Shown here piece after piece: positions 58,551-64,000 of a DNA stretch of 64,000 nt. The DNA comes from Bacteroidales bacterium. Lineage in GTDB: Bacteria; Bacteroidota; Bacteroidia; Bacteroidales; UBA10428. The DNA lies in contig JAFGTR010000124.1 of the NCBI GenBank assembly GCA_016934055.1, positions 2,988 to 66,987 of the forward strand, written 5' to 3'. Positions within the stretch are counted from its first letter, which is position 1; each line of letters starts with the position of its first letter. Both the position numbers and the translations under genes were made by a program. The notes beneath the pieces were generated by a model that saw nothing but the letters and a program-made list of their open reading frames with translations, was not told where the DNA came from and searched no databases.

Positions 58551-61500
58551 TCAAATATGCTTAACTGACAGCCATTTATCAATTTTGTCATACAACTCGT
58601 TGATATTTATTGGTTTGGAAATAAAATCATCACATCCGGCCTGGAGGCATTTCTGCCGTTCTTCAACAATGGCATTAGCCGTCTGGGCAATAACAGGAAT
58701 GGACTTATTTATTTTTTTTATGGCTTCGGTTGCTTCGAGACCATTCATCTCAGGCATCTGGATGTCCATTAATATCAGGTCGATATGGGCATTGCTCCGG
58801 CACAGGTTAACCGCTTCAATCCCGTCGGCAGCATGAATGACTTCAGCCCGTGTTTGTTTAAGGAATCCTTCAAGAAACTTATAACTGAATTTATCATCTT
58901 CAGCAATCAGAAAAGTTTTTCCTTCCCAGCAATAACTGGCTTTCATTTTTTTCTTCTCCACAAAATCTTCTTCCTTTTTATCTACGGGAGAATAAGGAAT
59001 GGTAAAATAAAAAGTGGAACCAACATCCACAGTCGATTCAGCCCACATCTTACCACCAAGCAATTCAATCAGTCCTTTTGAAATGGCCAGACCTAAGCCC
59101 GAGCCCCCGTATTTTCTGGTAGAAGAGCTGTCAGCCTGCATAAATCTTTCAAAGATCAGGTCCAGTTTTTCCTTGGGAATACCAATGCCGGTATCTTTAA
59201 CATAAAATAAAAGATTATCAGGCTCATCACATTTGTATCCGAATTCAATGTAACCCATGTGAGTAAACTTAATGGAGTTACCGATAAGGTTCATGAGTAT
59301 CTGCCTGAGACGGTTCGGATCGGTATTGATATAACAGTGGTCGTTATCAAAAGCTTTCCGTATGCGTATTTTGACACCTGATTTTTCTCTCTGGAGTTTT
59401 CCTGTTAAAAATGAAGAATGTACCTCACTGAGTAAATTATTCAGTGAAAAATCACTTTTGATGATATTGATCTGACCGGCTTCAATTTTAGCAAAATCAA
59501 TGATGTCATCAATCAGGTTGATGAGCATTTTACCATTGCTGTTTATGATCTCCAGATATTTCTTGCGATTGGAAGGAGCCAGGCTTTCATCATTCAGCAT
59601 CTCGGCAAATCCCAGAATACCGTTCATGGGGGTCCTGATTTCATGTGACATATTAGCCAGGAAAGCCGTTTTCAGTTTATCCGATTCTTCAGCCTTAACC
59701 TTCGCCTGAACAAGTTCATGTTCGAGCAGACTTCTGTGCAACACCACCGATACCTGATGAATAAATGTTTCAATGATATGCTTGAATTTGATAATACTTT
59801 TGTTAAGGGTCAGTATGGTAACGTTACCCAGAAGCTTGTTGTGGCGGGCAAGACCTATAACATATATTTTATGAACTTTAAGCAGTTCGCGTATCTGTGC
59901 CATCTGTTCACCCGAAATATCACCAATGCTTTCATTCAATGCTTCATCTTTAATGGTCATGATGGTTCCGGCATTCTCAACACTGCCCAGAATACTTTTG
60001 AAATCAAACCGTATACCTTTAATCGGGTAGCCTAACAGTCGGGAGATATTATCAATATCTTCGGAATGACCTCCTGTTCGTTCAACATAAAATCCATTAT
60101 CTTCTTCCCTGTATGATGAGACAATAATGATAGCATTCTCAAGAAAACCAAAAAGTTTTTCAGCAATATAGGCATAAATATCGTCTTTTGAAGATAGTCC
60201 CAACAAATCCAGAGCTGAATTACTGAGAAATATGAGGTTATCATGATAAACCCTTTCTTTCAGTTCACTCATTTTCCTTTCAGTAATATCCCTGGAATTA
60301 ACAATAATGCCCTTAATAAACGGATTGGACAGCTGGTTTGAAAAAATGCTTTCCACATAAATCCAACGTTTGTTCTTGTGCAGGCTTCTGTATTCCTTCT
60401 TAATCTGTTTCTTGGGATTCACAAGCACCTCTGCAAAGGTTCGCCTGAACGATTCAACGTCATCCGGATGGACAGTTTTAAAGATAGGTTTGTTCAGCAA
60501 TTCTTCCCTGTCAAAATCAAGAATCTTGTTATGATATGAGCTTTCAAAAATAATGGTACCAGCTTGATCAAGAATTGAAATGGCGTCAGAGGAATTCTGA
60601 AGCAAGGCCCTGAAATGTTCTTCACGTTCCCGCAATGTTTCTTCCATAACCTTCCGTTCAGAGATATCTCTTGAAATACCGGTTATCCCAATGACCTCTC
60701 CCCTTTCATTGTATATAGGTGTTTTAAATGTCTCTGACCATACATGTCCTTTCGGAAACTCTTCTACCTGTTCAAGCAATTGCCTTTTACCACTTTTTTT
60801 AACCTCTTCATCATTGCGTTCATAATCTTCCGCCAGTTCAAAAGAACATAAATCATAATCTGACTTTCCGATGATATCGGCAACATCTTTATTGTATAGT
60901 TTTGCAAATGGTTCATTTACTATTATGTATCTTCCTTTGTTATCTTTAAGCCAGGCCAGGTAAGGTATGTTATCAAGAATAGCCTTTTGCTGATTCCTGG
61001 TATTGATAATGGCCGATTCAAGTTCTTTAAGTTCGGTCATATCGCTGGTCACATACACATAACGATAAATTTTTCCCCGGTTATCCTTAACGGGATATAT
61101 GCGTGTCCATACATTTTTAATCTCACCCCCGGGTTGCTGAATACGGTATTGCAGGCCTTTGCTTCTTTCTTTGCCGGTAAGCTCCCTTTTTATAAGCCGC
61201 AGGTATTCCTTTTTGTCGGGAGGATATATTGATTCAACCAACAGTGAAGAATTGGCGATCAGCTCATCAACGCCTCTTCCATAAACACGTTCAAAGGATG
61301 GATTGGCATAAAGAACAGAGGATTTATCTGATAATACAAAGACGTCTGTTGTATTTTCAGCCAGTTGTCTGAATATTTCCTCACTTTCACGAATCGCATC
61401 TTCGGTTATTTTCCTTTCAGTTATGTTTGCAGAGATAATTGTAATACCGGTGATATGATGATCATCATCAAGAATAGGATAAAAGGTATCTTCATAAAAG

Positions 61501-62618
61501 ATAATAATTTCATCCATCTGATAGCTTTCCTCCCTGGTAAATTGTTCTCCCTTCAGTGCTTTGCTGTAAAGCGATTTCCATTTTGAACGGTCGGGCTCAG
61601 GTAAAGCCTTGATAATACTATCCCCTATTTCAATTTCCTTTTTATAATGCTTACGGAAGAAATCCCTGAAAGGATTATTAGCCGTTATAATTCTGAAACT
61701 TTTATCAATCGACCAAATGAGGTTGCGTGTACTTTCAAGCACAGCTGTAAGGTTGGCCTGACTGATACTGATTTGCTGCTGAGCCGTTTTGATAGCTGTT
61801 ATGTCGCGGCCAATTCCAAGCAATCCCGTCACCCGGCCTTTATGATCAGTGAGTGGTACTTTACTGCTAAAGAAATATTGTGTTTTTTTCTTTCCTTTGT
61901 CGAAAAAAGAGATCTCATGGTTGACAACCGATTTACCTTTATTCAAAACAAGACTGTCATTTTTGAGAAAATCCGCTGCAAAGGGTGATAATTTTAGTTC
62001 ATCATCTGATTTGCCAAGAAGGTCAGCCCCATCTGATATGTCCAATAACTTTTCAAATGCCTGGTTGAATAACATGAATCTGCCGTCAATATCTTTCAGA
62101 TAAACGAAATCAGGAATTGAATCAATCAGTGTTTTTAATTGATTGCGTTCCTGTATAAGAAATTCCTCAGAATTTTTCTGTTCGGTAATATCTTCAACGA
62201 TGCCGGATAAATAAAGGCTTTTATTATCTTTTCCGCGTATAAGGTTAAAGAAAAGATTCACCGGGAAAATAGTGCCGTCATTCCGTCTGAAATAGGTTTC
62301 ATGTTTCAGAAATCCTTTCCCTTTTATCAGTCTTCTGACGATTTTCTTTCTTTCTGAATTGCTTATATAAACTTCACTGCCAATATCCTTAATGGCCCTG
62401 ATCAGTTCTACAGGGTCATTATGTCCCAGCATCCGGGCAAATGTATTGTTAACTTCAATGTATTTACCCCCCAGGGTCGCCCTGAATAGTCCAAGAGGTG
62501 CATCATCAAAGAAAGTGTGGAATTTTTCTATGTCGGTATTAAGAATCGCATTCTGATGTTCAAGATCCTTAATCTTTGAAATCTGGTCAATATAATCATC
62601 TTGTCCCTTCATATCCAA
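58551..62618 (-). CDS. cytoplasmic multi-PAS hybrid sensor histidine kinase/response regulator
   Basis: 1355-aa ORF with multiple PAS/PAC units (repeated ...GI.RDITE(Q/R)K... ends). H-box is FLANMSHEIRTPMNGILGF, N-box is LMNLIGNSIKFT, G1 is VKDTGIGIP and G2 is GGSGLGLAISKGL. C-terminal receiver has FLIAEDD and DLILMDIQMPEMNG. Confidence 0.9.
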   Translation of the reverse strand: MDMKGQDDYIDQISKIKDLEHQNAILNTDIEKFHTFFDDAPLGLFRATLGGKYIEVNNTFARMLGHNDPVELIRAIKDIGSEVYISNSERKKIVRRLIKGKGFLKHETYFRRNDGTIFPVNLFFNLIRGKDNKSLYLSGIVEDITEQKNSEEFLIQERNQLKTLIDSIPDFVYLKDIDGRFMLFNQAFEKLLDISDGADLLGKSDDELKLSPFAADFLKNDSLVLNKGKSVVNHEISFFDKGKKKTQYFFSSKVPLTDHKGRVTGLLGIGRDITAIKTAQQQISISQANLTAVLESTRNLIWSIDKSFRIITANNPFRDFFRKHYKKEIEIGDSIIKALPEPDRSKWKSLYSKALKGEQFTREESYQMDEIIIFYEDTFYPILDDDHHITGITIISANITERKITEDAIRESEEIFRQLAENTTDVFVLSDKSSVLYANPSFERVYGRGVDELIANSSLLVESIYPPDKKEYLRLIKRELTGKERSKGLQYRIQQPGGEIKNVWTRIYPVKDNRGKIYRYVYVTSDMTELKELESAIINTRNQQKAILDNIPYLAWLKDNKGRYIIVNEPFAKLYNKDVADIIGKSDYDLCSFELAEDYERNDEEVKKSGKRQLLEQVEEFPKGHVWSETFKTPIYNERGEVIGITGISRDISERKVMEETLREREEHFRALLQNSSDAISILDQAGTIIFESSYHNKILDFDREELLNKPIFKTVHPDDVESFRRTFAEVLVNPKKQIKKEYRSLHKNKRWIYVESIFSNQLSNPFIKGIIVNSRDITERKMSELKERVYHDNLIFLSNSALDLLGLSSKDDIYAYIAEKLFGFLENAIIIVSSYREEDNGFYVERTGGHSEDIDNISRLLGYPIKGIRFDFKSILGSVENAGTIMTIKDEALNESIGDISGEQMAQIRELLKVHKIYVIGLARHNKLLGNVTILTLNKSIIKFKHIIETFIHQVSVVLHRSLLEHELVQAKVKAEESDKLKTAFLANMSHEIRTPMNGILGFAEMLNDESLAPSNRKKYLEIINSNGKMLINLIDDIIDFAKIEAGQINIIKSDFSLNNLLSEVHSSFLTGKLQREKSGVKIRIRKAFDNDHCYINTDPNRLRQILMNLIGNSIKFTHMGYIEFGYKCDEPDNLLFYVKDTGIGIPKEKLDLIFERFMQADSSSTRKYGGSGLGLAISKGLIELLGGKMWAESTVDVGSTFYFTIPYSPVDKKEEDFVEKKKMKASYCWEGKTFLIAEDDKFSYKFLEGFLKQTRAEVIHAADGIEAVNLCRSNAHIDLILMDIQMPEMNGLEATEAIKKINKSIPVIAQTANAIVEERQKCLQAGCDDFISKPININELYDKIDKWLSVKHI

Positions 62619-62669
62619 ACCTGAGGATGATAAAGTAAAACCCGGTAAAGTAAATTAACACTTACAAAA

Positions 62670-63290
62670 TTACTCCTTTTTTCGCCGTTTTATTTCGTCA
62701 CGAATCATGGATGCTTTCTCGTAATCCTCGTCCTTAACGGCATCATTGAGCATTTCCTGCAATTCGGCAAGATTAACTTTCCTGATTTCATCGGTAAAAG
62801 TCTTGTTCTCAACCGGGATATTTTTTGAGGTTGTGGACCTTTCAGAAGAACCGCTTACAGCCGATTCCTTTTCAAAATCGAGAATAATGCCGGCTTTTCG
62901 CATAATTTCTTCAGTTGTAAAAATCGGGCATTTGAAACGAAGCGCAAGGGCTATGGCATCTGATGTACGTGCATCAATTTCTATTATTCTTTTACCGTCA
63001 TCACATGTGAGCTTTGAAGAAAACACACCTTCTTCCAACTTGTAAACTGTCACTTCCAGAAGATCGATATTAAAAGTCCTGGCGAAATTAAGAAAAAGAT
63101 CGTGAGTAAGTGGTCTTGGAGGTTTCAGTCCTTCAAGCTGAATGGCTATGGCTTGTGCTTCAAAGCCGCCAACAATTATTGGGATTCTTCTGTTTCCGTC
63201 CTCTTCTGCCAATACAAGTGCGTAAGCCCCGGTTTGTGTCTGACTGTATGAAATTCCTAAAACGTTAAGCTTTATTTTGTTCATTATCAA
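62670..63290 (-). CDS. bifunctional nuclease family protein (DUF151-like) with a C-terminal UVR motif
   Basis: 206-aa ORF with GAYALVLAEEDGNRRIPIIVGGFEAQAIA and PRPLTHDL. The C-terminal DEDYEKASMIRDEIKRRK resembles a UvrB/UvrC-type UVR helix. Confidence 0.7.
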   Translation of the reverse strand: MIMNKIKLNVLGISYSQTQTGAYALVLAEEDGNRRIPIIVGGFEAQAIAIQLEGLKPPRPLTHDLFLNFARTFNIDLLEVTVYKLEEGVFSSKLTCDDGKRIIEIDARTSDAIALALRFKCPIFTTEEIMRKAGIILDFEKESAVSGSSERSTTSKNIPVENKTFTDEIRKVNLAELQEMLNDAVKDEDYEKASMIRDEIKRRKKE

Positions 63291-63432
63291 TAAAAAACTA
63301 TTAAACGCCCACCCAATGATAATACAAATATAATGATTTCATTATATCATTACAGACTTTCACTCATAAACCACAGATCACCTTGCACTAACATAGTGTT
63401 GAAAAACAACCCGGTGCATCAAAATAATTTTA

Positions 63433-63539
63433 TACCTGGCAATCAATGTCGTTAAATTAAGACCGAATTATGTCCCTCTCGCAGAGAGGGGGCAGGGAGA
63501 GGACAAAAAAATCCTTAACTTAACAACATTGACCAGGTA
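63433..63539. repeat. 107-nt imperfect palindromic element with a GC-rich core hairpin in the divergent nuclease/rplU intergenic region
   Basis: The left arm is TACCTGGCAATCAATGTCGTTAAATTAAG (63433-63461). The right arm is CTTAACTTAACAACATTGACCAGGTA (63514-63539). Within them, 18-nt cores match at 16 of 18 positions as an inverted repeat, with outer TACCTGG/CCAGGTA. The core is CCCTCTC-GCA-GAGAGGG followed by GGCAGGG (63474-63497). Confidence 0.7.
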
Positions 63540-63561
63540 ATTTGAATAAATTATACATTAA

Positions 63562-63592
63562 TTTGTTGTTAAATCAAACTTTTATATCTTTG
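63562..63592 (+). promoter_or_regulatory. Bacteroidota-type promoter for rplU
   Basis: TTTG (63562-63565), a 19-nt spacer, then TATCTTTG (63585-63592). It ends 34 nt upstream of the rplU ATG. Confidence 0.55.
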
Positions 63593-63626
63593 CAATCCCG
63601 AAATTAACAGTTGTAATTCAAATTCA

Positions 63627-64000
63627 ATGTACGCCATTGTTACGATAGCAGGTCAACAATTTAAAGTTGAAAAAGGAAAAAAAGTGATTGTTCATCAGCT
63701 GCAGTCTGATGTTGGAAATGAAGTGACTTTTGAAAAAGTTTTGTTAATTGACAACAACGGAAAGATCAGCATTGGAACTCCTTACCTTAAAGATGCAGCT
63801 GTCACCGCGCAGGTGATTTCACATTTGAGAGGCGATAAAATAAAGGTATTCAAGAAGAAAAGAAGAAAAGGATACCAGGTATTGAACGGACACCGTCAGT
63901 GTTTTACGGAGATCTTAATCGAGGAGATTATTGAGAAAGGTTTTGTTAAAAAGGCAGCAAAAATAGAAAAGGAAGAAAAGCCTGTTGCTGAAGAGAAGGC
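63627..64000 (+). CDS. rplU: 50S ribosomal protein L21 (3' end beyond window)
   Basis: Hand-read open frame MYAIVTIAGQQFKVEKGKKVIVHQL...HLRGDKIKVFKKKRRKGYQVLNGHRQCFTEILIEEI, which is a typical L21. No stop codon occurs before base 64000. Confidence 0.88.
   Translation, partial: MYAIVTIAGQQFKVEKGKKVIVHQLQSDVGNEVTFEKVLLIDNNGKISIGTPYLKDAAVTAQVISHLRGDKIKVFKKKRRKGYQVLNGHRQCFTEILIEEIIEKGFVKKAAKIEKEEKPVAEEK

Overview
This window reads as a Bacteroidota chromosome segment. It is AT-rich, has promoters of the TTTG-N19-TAnnTTTG type, a 286-aa RpoD, a T9SS C-terminal sorting domain and a single-Cys L36. All calls come from reading the supplied translations and the DNA by eye. No homology search, HMM scan or RNA folding was run.

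Content in order:
1. The distal part of the spc/alpha ribosomal-protein super-operon (S14 to L17, with secY, map, infA and rpoA), then eno. L30 and L36 were read by hand because they fall below the ORF-track cutoff.
2. A convergent pair of envelope sensors. One is a propeller/Y_Y_Y sensor fused to a PP2C/SpoIIE phosphatase. The other is a hybrid histidine kinase whose ATP-lid motifs look degenerate.
3. A roughly 20-kb block of 14 genes, all on the plus strand (15269-35082), encoding secreted or envelope proteins:
   - two unknown secreted proteins and a TPR protein
   - a GT2 fused to what looks like a gutted phosphoglycosyl-transferase domain
   - four tandem paralogs sharing a TPR + PD40 beta-propeller module with different C-terminal anchors
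   - a GNAT, a triple-SPOR protein, a Wza-like exporter and a Wzc-like tyrosine kinase
4. Housekeeping genes: an HsdR_N-like nuclease-fold protein, holA, a rhomboid, a class IV aminotransferase, yqgE/algH, an EamA transporter and rpoD.
5. A complete trpEGDCFBA operon on the minus strand. A consensus promoter, a 19-codon ORF with four consecutive Trp codons and a terminator hairpin precede it. Together these look like a leader-peptide attenuator.
6. tRNA-Leu(UAG), tig, clpP and clpX. The tRNA 3' end and its flank are duplicated 150 bp downstream.
7. lptB, tatC, recQ, a T9SS cargo protein, a PAS-rich hybrid kinase followed by a processive-type GT2, a bifunctional nuclease and the start of rplU.

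I saw no CRISPR array, transposase, integrase, phage gene or recognisable defence gene. The best candidate for an undescribed system is the four-paralog TPR/PD40 array (20069-28883). Its combined domain set mirrors Tol-Pal (CpoB-like TPR, TolB-like propeller, Pal-like OmpA domain, membrane-anchored elongated helical protein) in a different arrangement. That is an inference from domain motifs, not a demonstrated function.
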